From positions 5,766,001 through 5,830,000 of the forward strand of contig CM022672.1 of assembly GCA_012295275.1 (NCBI GenBank): 64,000 nucleotides of DNA. The letters are read 5' to 3'. Positions 1 through 22,133 of this stretch are shown piece after piece. Position 1 is the stretch's first letter; each line of letters opens with the position of its first letter. The notes beneath the pieces were generated by a model. The model was not told where the DNA came from. It did no database searches and worked only from the letters and a program-made list of their open reading frames with translations. Position numbers and translations under genes: made by a program. This DNA comes from Chrysomallon squamiferum (Eukaryota > Animalia > Mollusca).

Positions 1-10220
<10,220 letters not shown>

Positions 10221-10229
10221 TGTAAAAAA

Positions 10230-11130
10230 TAATAAATGAAAATAAGTTGTCGCAACTTTCCAGAAGAAAAAAGAAAACTTCCTTGTTGGTTAACATAATT
10301 ACCCTAGAGTTACTGCCCTTCGTTTGATGGGAACTTGATTAATACGAAACCCATGACATTCAAAGAAATAGTTTATTGTCAGTTGTACCCCGTATTACGA
10401 TTTCATACATTAATCATTATAATTTTTAAATCCTTAATTTAAATAAAAGTTGACAGTTTATATAAATACACATACATTTATTTATTTATTTTTTCTCACT
10501 TATATATAGAACAAGAAAGGGAAAGGAAAAAGAATAAGTTATATAATTTCTAATATAATGACTCTTTGAGATGATTAATCATTCATTCTTAATCTCTCCC
10601 GCTTAATAAAATCAGCTTAGAAACCCATTACCTTTTAAACTTACAAATAGCAATAACGTAATAATACGTCATTCACTGTTAAATAAAGACAAGGATTATG
10701 TCTGTTACGTCTTAATAGTTGTTCTCTTGGTTACTAAACCTTCCATTAAGTGTAACTATAGCAACAGATTCGGCAAAAGAAACGATCAACGTTTTAATGT
10801 CTGTATTTTGAATTTAAAACAAAATGTACAGTCTGCTAGGTGCGTTATTTTAATAAAAGTAACTGAACGTTGCTATGGTGACGCTTTACGCAAGAAAACA
10901 TTATGCATTTAATGGCCGTGTTTGGAATAGCTTCACCAGCACGTCCTACTGGTTTAAACATTTTAATTAAAGACGAAACAAACCCACTAAGTATAATTGG
11001 ACAGGCGTTATTTACAGGATGTTAATAAAACTTTATAGCTGTCACCATTTGGTTAATAACAAATTTTAGTTGTAGAAAAATCAAGATAAGAAACAACATC
11101 GGACATTTGACAAACTTTACAGTAAAGGTA
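10230..11130. promoter_or_regulatory. Probable bidirectional promoter between the SAM adaptor and the LamG gene, with RFX X-box-like motifs
   Basis: Lies between divergent genes and keeps CpG dinucleotides that are scarce in flanking gene bodies. X-box-like 14-mers: GTTCTCTTGGTTAC (10721-10734), GTAACTATAGCAAC (10752-10765), GTTGCTATGGTGAC (10869-10882). Plus-strand donor AAG|GTAAGA near 11127 is a candidate end of a non-coding first exon. Confidence 0.5.
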
Positions 11131-11638
11131 AGACAAACATTATCTATAGTCTATATTTCTGGATATGCGTTTTTATATTATATTATATAATATCATACTG
11201 CATTGTATTGTACTGCAATATATTACATTTTACTGATGCAATATATTTACAGAACTTATAAACTTTTGTTAAAAAATAATATTCATTATTTGTAATTACA
11301 AAATTATGAATTTGCTATTATAATACTGTTTGTTTATTCATTTACTTATACAAACGAAGATGTAAATAAACTGAATAAAACAAGAGTTTAACGTGTTCAG
11401 GAATATATGCATTTAACTGTGAATCCTTTCTGTATGAGAAATTTTAGTATGATCTTTAGATGCCGCACAATACAGCGAATATTTTGTTCTCCTGAAACTG
11501 GCGATTCACAGTATTTTCAAGAAATTTATTTATATAAATACAAAACGGTCAGAAAGCAAAATTATTTATTTTAGCTATACATATCGCTAAAAGAGTTTGT
11601 TTTCATTTTTATTTAAAGAGCATACAGTAGAATCTTTA

Positions 11639-11681
<43 letters not shown>

Positions 11682-12059
11682 CTTTTTTTTTTAATGAAAA
11701 TTGGTTTGAAAAAAATCAGTAAATTTATTGATCGCTTTAATAAAATATGTCTTATCTATACATTTTTCCATTATTATTAATTATTATTTGTCTGTTTGTT
11801 TATTTTTCATTATGGCGAATTGTGAAGTTGAAGAATATTCCTGAAAATTTAAATTTACGTAAAAGTTTTTTTTTTTTTTTTCTCCTTGGTTGAACGCATT
11901 AGTAAAATGACTTACCAACTCCTTTAAGTTTGTACGAAATGATGTTTTTCTTTAATTATTTTTTAAATTTGGTATCTAAATAACGTTATTGTGAGCGGCG
12001 CGCTTGCATAATGGACAGAACCTTTAAACGTATACAGGTGTGCGAAAGTATTGTTAAAA

Positions 12060-12127
<68 letters not shown>

Positions 12128-12188
12128 TAGAAAATAAATAAATATTTACAAAAATACTACCAGCACTACAACCACCACCACTACCAAC

Positions 12189-12230
<42 letters not shown>

Positions 12231-12407
12231 CAATCTGTTATCCAGGAGCGCGATGACGTCATGTCTCCGATTGTGAAGTGGTAAAATGGCTGCCGTTTAT
12301 TAAAAATAATGGATTACTAAAAATAGATAAAATATAATTTATTAATTTTTTTGTGTGTGTATGTTCATTGTTACTGCCACATATGGCATTTTAACTACGA
12401 TTAGTGT

Positions 12408-12448
<41 letters not shown>

Positions 12449-12770
12449 ACAATAATAATAATAATAGAAATGTCATGGTGTTGTGGATAATATGATTCTG
12501 TAACAACGTATCTGCGTCATACAGAATCACATAACCAAACTGATTTCACATACTTATTACACAGGTTATTACTTTAACCAGAGTTAATCTGAATGTGTGT
12601 GAAATAAGTATTATAACACATATTTAATATAACATCGTATGCTTTATGATATCTAAACAAATTACATGTTGTGTTTGTGAAAGAAATGTGGAACTTTGGA
12701 AACCCTCCCCGAAAGTTTTGCCTTATTGTTTATATTATTATCTATTCGGTCCATTTCATATTAACAAAGG

Positions 12771-12865
<95 letters not shown>

Positions 12866-12977
12866 ACAAAACAGCAATTAAACAAAGAAACAAATTAACA
12901 AACAAACAAACAAAGTGTTATATTCAGATATAACATATTAATAAGAGGAATTTTTAAAATATATTTTTCAGGTACTG

Positions 12978-15900
12978 ATGATGGAAATAAGATATACATG
13001 TCACTGTCTTATGATGGTTTCCATTTCATCATTAAGACTGGGTCAACCATCATCAGACAAAACCTTCAGCACATTCCAGCAAGATTTTAACCCAGGGCAA
13101 AACAAATTTAATCCATTTGACCAAAACTCACAAAGATCAGACATCAACCCTTTCTCATATTTTAGTCCAGAAGATCTGAATTTTATTATTCAACCAAGGA
13201 AACATCTTTTTTTTCCTGAGCTTGACTTTGATTTTGATTCTGATATAAGCACAACAAGCTTGGCTCTAAACAATAAGATTTTACACTCACTGCAAGATGA
13301 CGAAAACACATTTGTTAATAACCCTGGTAATACTGATGATAACAGCAACGTTGCAGAAACTGATGGAAGGGTTGCATCACGAGGTGTTCAGCAACAGCAG
13401 GGTGATGACAATCACACTGAAGAAACAGGCAGGAGGCTTCCACAAGAAACAGTTCTAACAGAGGGTGACAATCACATTGCAAGAACTGGTAGGAGGATTC
13501 CACAAGAAACAGTTCTAACAGAGGATGACAATCACATTGCAAGAACTGGTAGGAGGATTCCACAAGAAACAGTTCTAACAGAGGATGACAATCACATTGC
13601 AAGAACTGGTAGGAGGATTCCACAAGAAACAGTTCTAACAGAGGATGACAATCACATTGCAAGAACTGGTAGGAGGATTCCACAAGAAACAGTTCTAACA
13701 GAGGATGACAATCACATTGCAAGAACTGGTAGGAGGATTCCACAAGAAACAGTTCTAACAGAGGATGACAATCACATTGCAAGAACTGGTAGGAGGATTC
13801 CACAAGAAACAGTTCTAACAGAGGATGACAATCACATTGCAAGAACTGGTAGGAGGATTCCACAAGAAACAGTTCTAACAGAGGATGACAATCACATTGC
13901 AAGAACTGGTAGGAGGATTCCACAAGAAACAGTTCTAACAGAGGATGACAATCACATTGCAAGAACTGGTAGGAGGATTCCACAAGAAACAGTTCTAACA
14001 GAGGATGACAATCACATTGCAAGAACTGGTAGGAGGCTTCCACAAGAAACAGTTCTAACAGAGGATGACAATCACATTGCAAGAACAGGCAGGAGGCTTC
14101 CACAAGAAACAGTTCTAACAGAGGATGACAATCACATTGCAAAAACTGGTAGGAGGCTTCCATCACAGCGAGATCAAATACTTGAGGATAATGACGGTCA
14201 TCTTCCAGAGATTGGCAGACAGATTCCACCACACGGTATTCAAATACTGGTGGACAACAGTGACATCATTCCAGAAAGTGTTCTCTTGCATGGGAATCAA
14301 ATAAATAAAAATGATAAAGATTTTAGCACCGATTCTGCCAGAAGGATTCCACGGCATAGGGTTCTGATACAGAAATATATTAATAGTGAACTTCCAGAGT
14401 CTAAAGTTAATGCTCCTCAGCGTGGGTTTCAAACAGCACAAAATACAGAACCTTTTCTTCAGAATCCAGACAATACAGTCCCTGGACATCCAGAAACTGA
14501 AAACTTAGAACACTCTAAAGGCGATCATAATAATTTAAATCATTCTTATTTGGATCCTAATAATTTAGACCTGTCTAGACTTGATCCCAATAATTTAGAC
14601 CACTCTAATTTGAATCCTGACAGCTTAAGCCACCCTAAAGTTAATTCTAATTATTTAGATAATTCTTATTTGGATCCTGATAACATAGATCACTCAAATT
14701 TGGATCCTAATAATTTAGACCACTCTTATCTAAATCCAAATAGTTTAGATCATTCTCACTTGAATCAGAACAACTTAGACCCAAAAATGATTGACTACTC
14801 TAAACTGAATGCAGGTAACACAGACCTTTCTTATTTGAATGTAAACAATTTAGACCACAGTTTTCAGAATCCAGCTAACTCCAAGGTCTTGCAGGTGGGA
14901 AAGTATGAAACAGATCAGCTGGAAAAACAAAACAGAGACATTTCTAAGGCAAAACTTTCTGAATCTGGACAGGCTGGAAAACAAGCAGATTTAGTTGAAT
15001 CTCACTATGAAGTAAATCCCAACATTTCAGAACAAGATGACACTACATCAAGGAATCCTCGTCCTTTGGATTCTTTGGATTCCTTTAGCAACCATAACAC
15101 TTCACCTTCAAGTCAGGATACAGGTTTGTTTATTGACATTTTAAGTGAAATTACTAAAATTACAGCTTCATTTTTAAATTAGGTAGCTAGAAGATTAATG
15201 ATTATTATCAATACAATTTTTTTTTTTGATATTTTAAATTTTAAAAAAATATTGGTTTAATTTTTCAGATCTAAATATCAGACTGAATTCTGAATTATTA
15301 TTATTATTTGTTGTATTTTTTAATCTATGAATTCTGTTACACACAAAAATTTTATGCCAATGATTTAATATTTTAGAACCTAAATGACAACAACATTTTT
15401 TAATATTAATTTTATTTATTGTATTTTTTAAAATTATAATTAGTATATCACATGAAAGGTGATACTAATATTAATTATTTCAGAACCCAAATGACACATT
15501 CAATTATTTATTATTATTATTTCTTGTATTTTTGAAATTTTGAATTCTATATCTAGTAACAAATTAATATCAGGGATTTATCATTTCAGATCCTAGGAGT
15601 GGATGTCAGACTGAATTCTATTTTGACTTTCTCAACAACTGGAAAGAGAGAAGTGGAAAGACGTGGATGGACCACACAGGGAACATAGATGCTGTAAATG
15701 GCAAAGCTTTGTTCCATGGTACACCACAGTCTTATCTCAGCATCCCATTTTTCACAGGAAATGACCTTCGACCTGGATACAAGCTTTCCTTGGTGATTGA
15801 GACAGGTGCTGCTGAAGGAGAACCAGTGACTGTTGTCAGCAATGCCAGGTTCCAGACATCAACATTTGGTATATTTGTCGTGGGTCAGAATATTTTTGTT

Positions 15901-16892
15901 GCGGTTTTACCAAGAAGTGATGCTGCAGATACTTCACCACTAGTAGTAACATCTCTTCCATTAGATGTAGTAAGTTTTCATTCATTTCTTATTGGACAGA
16001 GGTAGCTTTCAGGCTGGTATACGTAACATTTGTTTGAATGTTGTTATCATACAAAGAAACAATATTGTAAATAATCAATTTAACACCTCTTCTATAACAT
16101 GTAGTAACTGTTATTCATTCATTACCAGTTAGCTCATCGGCTGGTATATGTAACAGTTATGTTCAAATGTTTTTAACTGTAATGACATGGTAAACAAATT
16201 TGGCTTCCAGCAGATTAAATAGAAATATTATATTTTTTTTTATCAGCTTGACATCAGAATATCATTATAATAATAGAACTTATTATCACTCAATTTGATA
16301 TCTTGTTGTATCGTATTAAAAAAGCAACTTTCTGCATAAGAAAGAGATACAGACTGAAACAAAGAAAGGTAGACAGATATATATTGATTAATGACTCAAT
16401 TACATCTTCTTTCTTCTGTAAGTAAACCTATGCATTGGTCAAGACTGCACGTAATCTCACTTTAAACAGTCCTTGATAACAAAACATTTTATTTTTATTT
16501 TTCAGTCTGGACCAAATCTTGTGATTGTGGATCATGATGACAAAACACAGGATCTTTGGTTTCAAGTTAATGAGAAATCAAAACATGGTAATACACACTC
16601 CGTATATGTGCACATGCATGCACACACAAACACACATAGACACAAAACCACACAGACACATAAACAGATAAACACACACACACACACATAAAAACACATA
16701 GACATAGACAGAGACACATACACACAATTGCATGAATGAAAAACTCCTTACATGTGTACATCAACCACTATTTGGAATCAAAGTAAAGAAGAAAGCCGAA
16801 ATACAAATAAATATTTAAATTAAGAATATTAAATAATATTTCAATACATTTTTGAACCACTAATTAAATACATTTAAGTTAAAATTTTATAA

Positions 16893-16940
<48 letters not shown>

Positions 16941-17308
16941 TTAAACACCCAACATCAGTAATCTCTTTACTGATTTTAAAATGTATCCATTTATTATTAT
17001 TATGTTTTTTAATTATTATAATTATTACTGCTGCTAATGTTACAATTAGAACTGCTATAACTTCTGTGATTCTACAATGACTACAAAAACTTCTAAAACA
17101 ATTATTACCATTACTTCTAATTTGGTTGTTTTTATTTTCATGTTTCAGTGGTTGCTAGGATACCAAAGATATCTAATGAACCTTTATATATAGGAGCTGG
17201 GTCCAGCCCTTTTCAACCAGCTGCACCTTTCAGTGGATCTATAAACTCAGTAAGATATTTTTATTTATTTGTCTACTAAATCAAGTGTTAAACTTTTAAT
17301 AACGGTTA

Positions 17309-17369
<61 letters not shown>

Positions 17370-17436
17370 GAAGAAGAAGAAGAGAAGAAAAATAATAATA
17401 ATAATAATAATAATAGAAGAAGAAGAAGAGAAGAAA

Positions 17437-17471
<35 letters not shown>

Positions 17472-18287
17472 TAACTACATTTATTACTACTACTACTAAT
17501 AACAATGTTGTTTTTTTGTTTTGTTTTAATAAATTGCATAAAATTATAGTTGTTTGAGAATCCTGCAAATGTTTTAACGAAGGTTTCAATCACAAGAATT
17601 TATCCACATCACCATCAACTAGCGTATTAAGTGAAGACATTTTACTGTAAATAGACAAACAATTGTGCATTCATTCATGTACACATCAATCAGGATATCT
17701 GATGTCATTAACTATTGTTTGGTTGTTGAGCATCAGATCCAGAGTTTCTGAGTCATCATTTTACAATACATAAATACATGCAGGGATATTTTCCGTTTGG
17801 TCCATCACTCTGATAATGGTTTATTGTTTCCTGCAAGCAGGGAAAGGGCATGTTAAAAAAACAACTAAATGAGCTTGGTATGAATTATCTATGTAATAAT
17901 AATATCAGCGGGTTTCTTTTCTTAAACTATCTTTACAAAATCATAATAACGTCCAAGAGATATTAATGCTGAAAAATGTGAAGGAAATGTTAAACTGATA
18001 TTTATTTTAGATACATCATTTAACAAAAATTTGTTTTAAAGGACATACTGAGATACAAAATAAGTGTTGTGTATTTGGTAAACAACCACAAAAGTTAATA
18101 TTTTATGCACAAGTTACAGTGTTTGGGTAGATAAACTGTAAAAATTTGTGATAAAAGAATTATAACGTGTTTGTTCCATTAATAAAGAAAAATGCATAGC
18201 AATATCACTGAAGATATAATGATATTTCTTTTTTCTCTTTAAAAGTATATACAACAAAAAATTTAATTAATTGAAATAGCTTTATGT

Positions 18288-18325
<38 letters not shown>

Positions 18326-18398
18326 ATTTAATTAAATTTTTTTTTTTTTTTTGCAGTTGTCATTTCAGAAATGTCCAAGGAATTTAAACCAGAGATGA
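12978..18398 (+). CDS. Secreted repeat-rich protein with C-terminal laminin-G/concanavalin-A-like (Pif/BMSP-type) domain, ~916 aa
   Basis: Acceptor at 12971 just upstream of the ATG. Exons 12978-15123, 15590-15969, 16506-16587, 17149-17249 and 18357-18398 (TGA), all GT-AG and phase-compatible, 2751 nt in total. N-terminal signal-peptide-like segment (MMEIRYTCHCLMMVSISSLRLG-QP). C-terminal domain CQTEFYFDF...NGKALFHG..SYLSIPFFTGND...EPLYIGAG...FSGSINSLSFQKC fits the LamG3 motif of molluscan Pif/BMSP-like proteins as I recall it. Confidence 0.85.
13404..14161 (+). repeat. Coding 60-bp tandem repeat (20 aa: IPQETVLTEDDNHIARTGRR), 12 full copies plus a partial one
   Basis: Sequence lines 13441-14160 are near-identical at a 60-bp period. 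Confidence 0.98.
14499..14873 (+). repeat. Coding degenerate 30-bp repeat (decapeptide ~NNLDHSYLDP), about 12 copies
   Basis: Translation: ENLEHSKGDH NNLNHSYLDP NNLDLSRLDP NNLDHSNLNP ... NNLDHSYLNP NSLDHSHLNQ. Confidence 0.9.
15255..15625 (+). repeat. Degenerate ~107-bp intronic tandem repeat, each unit carrying a copy of the 3' splice site
   Basis: tttYAG|A(T/A)C at 15268, 15376, 15483 and 15589 (spacing 108/107/106). tcagactgaattct is shared by the first unit and the real exon. Confidence 0.75.
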
Positions 18399-20829
18399 AC
18401 TTCTTAGTGAATTTTCAGAATTTGTTAAATAATTATACATATTTTTTAATTTGATAAAACAGTATTTATATATATTTAAAAAAAAGAAAAAAAGAAGTTT
18501 GGTTGTTCTTGTCTTCAGACATAATTGCAGATACCACAAATATATATAAATAATAATACACACACACACACACAAAATTATTTAAGTAGAAGGTTCTATT
18601 TCTTCTCTACATTTCAGGCCAAATAATTATATTCTCACTGTTACTGATTGAAGACCAAAAACAACAAAAATAAATGATTACTTCACATACAAATAAGATA
18701 AATAAACACAAACATAATTAATATTTTCTTGATGGCAGTGGTGGCTTGGAGGGGGGGGAGGTTATTGAGGTCCAACTTTCTGCTCATCATCACTGATGGA
18801 GAATTTTGGACTTTTTCATGATCACTGAAGGGTATAGAAAAAGCATGGTCATAATAACTGCTCCATTTGAGCTTGGAGAATCTGCATTCATTTCAAATTG
18901 TTCAAGAGCTTGGAAAGAAATGCTTGAGGGCTTCTAAATGGATGTTTGAAGAGACAGAAAAATCCACTGAACAACAAAAAACAAACAAAATTGTCACCTT
19001 ATCTCTAACTGAATAGACTGTTATCAGTGAGGCTTAACACAGGCTCACATCTGAATATTTTATGTTCTCGTGTATTTATATCTTTTGTTTTTTTTCAACG
19101 AGGTTGTAACAAAATGACACTGAATGAAAGGATATTAAAAGATATATATATGTATGTATGTAGGTATATGTGTGTGTGTGTGTTTAGAAATATGCATGCA
19201 AATGACACAGACAAACATCGAAGATGTATTTACAAAAACACATAGACATACATACAGATACTTGCACATTTAGACTATAAAACACATAATGTCTATACAT
19301 ATGAACACAAAACCCAACACATAAATATATCCATTCTCTGACGTTTGTCTCTGAATAGTACAGAAATGAAACTGAGTCCAGTGTATAAATGCACACAATT
19401 TAATACATGAAACAGAATCTCTTTCAGCAGGTAACAGTGCAGTATAATGAATGATGTATTGCTTTCCAGTATCAGTCAAATGTTTAAATATGTTAAAGGC
19501 CCTGCACACGTGTCCTGGAAATGCAAGTCAAGTGCTAGAGAGACAAGAGTGTCATTTTGTCACGACTACACAGTTTGGAGACAGCACCAGGAAGTGAAGT
19601 CTGTAAGTGTGTACAGACAGTTGCCTGTTTATGAATGGGACACTTTCTGATGACTGGACATAGTTCAGAATGGACATTTCTCAGAATGTTTTTAAGCTTC
19701 TTTTCTTTCTTTTTTATTGGAATGCTATTAACAATGGATTTAGAGACACCAGAGGCCATATCTGACTGGTTTTTATAGAAGAAAAAAAACCTGTACAGAT
19801 CAACAGTCATGTGACAGTCAAAGTTAATAAATTATGACAGAGGTGGTAGAGTATGGGCAATATAAAAATATTATTTTTTTTATCTCTAAAGTGTTCTTAC
19901 TTAAATTTCAAAAAGGCATAGTTCTCGAGGACATACACATGGATGTGCAATGAATGAAATAAAATCTTGAAAGATTCATTCTGTCAGTCATGTTTTAATT
20001 AGCTATACTAGGTCTGAATCCAACATTACGACAAACACCGACAAAAAGAAAAGAGCTACGACAAAACAAAAAAAACAAAAAAATTAACAAAATAATAATA
20101 ATAATTTATTTTTGTTTTATTACTGGGTAAAAATGTTCTAATTAACCATAAACAACAAACTAGCATTGTAAAGAAAATTTGATATATTTTTTTTTCAAAC
20201 AAAATGTAATAAATTCTTTTCACAACAGTGTGTTGGCAGCAGGTTGGCAGCTTTAACCAAGGCAAACATCAGCAAATCATAATAATATTATTAATATAAA
20301 ATTTTAACATCAGTAATAACTAAATTAAATAGAAATAATTAAAATTACATAAAAATATGAACCCCAACTATAATAAATAAATTAACTACTAGTATTATTA
20401 GTAAATCTTTCCATTTACCTCTGTAAGAAAATCCAGAAGCTATCCAGTAATTATATGAAATGAGTGAAAACAGCTTATACCCAAACACTTGAAAATGTGG
20501 ATTTCCTCTTTCAAGGACTATTTTTCTCAATTCACCCGGTCCTTACAAACCCATGTAGCTATGAAAAGTGTTTGTAATCTCGCTGCTGACAGGCTATCAG
20601 GAAGTAAAACTGTTGAGTAACACTGGTCACACTTTAGTGGCTTTTACAGTGCTGCAGTGTCGTATTAACAAAGTTCTCTTCTCAAAGGTTTCAGGTTTAT
20701 ACATTTGATAATCCTAACCTTGTTTGCTAGTACTTTACATACATTTGGCTCTCTTTTATGCACAGCTTATGTGTGTGCACATATATATATATATATATTA
20801 TGTCTGTGTGTGTTTGTGTAGTGTGTGTG

Positions 20830-20877
<48 letters not shown>

Positions 20878-21583
20878 AAGTGCTTATGCATATGTGAGTG
20901 TGAGAATGCAAACTTTACAAACAAACAAACAAATTTAAAACAGACAATATAATTATAACAAAGTAAATTTGAATACTTCTGTTTGGTTTCTTAATAAATC
21001 AGTACTTATATGAAACAATGGCTCAAAAACAATGGAAGGTGTGTATGAACTGAAGAAGGATTGGAATGTTATGCATTTTCTCCAGATCAAAGTTTGGATA
21101 TCACACAATAAAATTTTGGAAATCTAAAGGACACGTTAATACACAATTTTATACAATATCAAACATTTATAAATAATTAATTTAGATGTAATTAAGTAAA
21201 TCAACAATAAATTGAATCTTTCTGTACAGGACTTGAATATGACTGAACAGCTGAAGGAGGCTTCATCACTGAGATATCAGGAACCACTAACCAATCAGAA
21301 CTCAGTTACCAGTGATAAATTTAATATACACTGTGGTGTGAAACAAGCACACTGATTGGGCGGTCAGTCCAATACAAATGATGATGTAGATAATTATATT
21401 GATGACAATGACCATTAAATCAACTTACAGCAAAAATATGAAATGTATACAAGTTTTATAATGTATATAAATATCCACAGACATATAAAAAGAAAACTAT
21501 TCTACATTAAAATGAAATATACAATAATAAGTTTATTCATCATACTAAGTAAAATAATTAATTTGACAATATATATTTTAAAA

Positions 21584-21762
21584 ACTGGATTGAAATAATT
21601 TGAAAAGGATGAAATTTTTGTATATAAGATGTATAATGCTTTGTTTTAAATACTCTTTCTTTATTTTAAATACTGGATTGAAATAATTTGAAAAAGATGA
21701 AATTTCTGTATATAAAATGTATAATGCTTTGTTTTAAATACTGTTTCTTTATTTTAAATACT
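21584..21762. repeat. 88-bp tandem duplication downstream of the DNAAF9 stop codon
   Basis: actggattgaaataatttgaaaa...tttctttattttaaat is repeated at 21584 and 21672. Confidence 0.9.
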
Positions 21763-22133
21763 ATTTATCTGGAACACGAGAAAAGTTAATGTAAAAAAAA
21801 TGTAAAATAATTTGTTTTATTTAAAAAAAAGAAATTTTAAATAATATTTATTTGGATTTCAAAAAATAATGCAAAAAAAATTAAAATGAATAATTTCAAA
21901 TATTTTTAAAAAAAAAAACAATTCAAAATATATATTTTCATTTCAAAAACATTGAATATTTACATGAAAAAATTTCAAATGTTTTAAAAATATTAAAAAA
22001 AAAATGAACAACACAAAATTCACAAACATAAACATTGAAAGCCAGCAGGAATGTTTGCTGGAATGTGATAATAAGTTTAAAAAAATCTTGTTTTAAGATT
22101 CAACTTCAAAATGTATGTTTTTTAAATTTTATT

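Noticed and set aside
13404-14161. Regular repeat array as a CRISPR candidate
   Set aside because: Head-to-tail identical units without unique spacers, in frame within a eukaryotic exon, and no cas genes.
13315-14232. 305-aa antisense ORF with repeated QCDCHP (looks like a metal-binding motif)
   Set aside because: It is the shadow of the stop-free 60-bp coding repeat on the plus strand and has no supporting start context or splice structure.
15124-15182. C-terminus of the 734-aa ORF as given in the track (GLFIDILSEITKITASFLN*)
   Set aside because: Most likely intron read-through: CAG|GTTTGT at 15123 splices in frame to the LamG exons. Retained only as a possible minor isoform.
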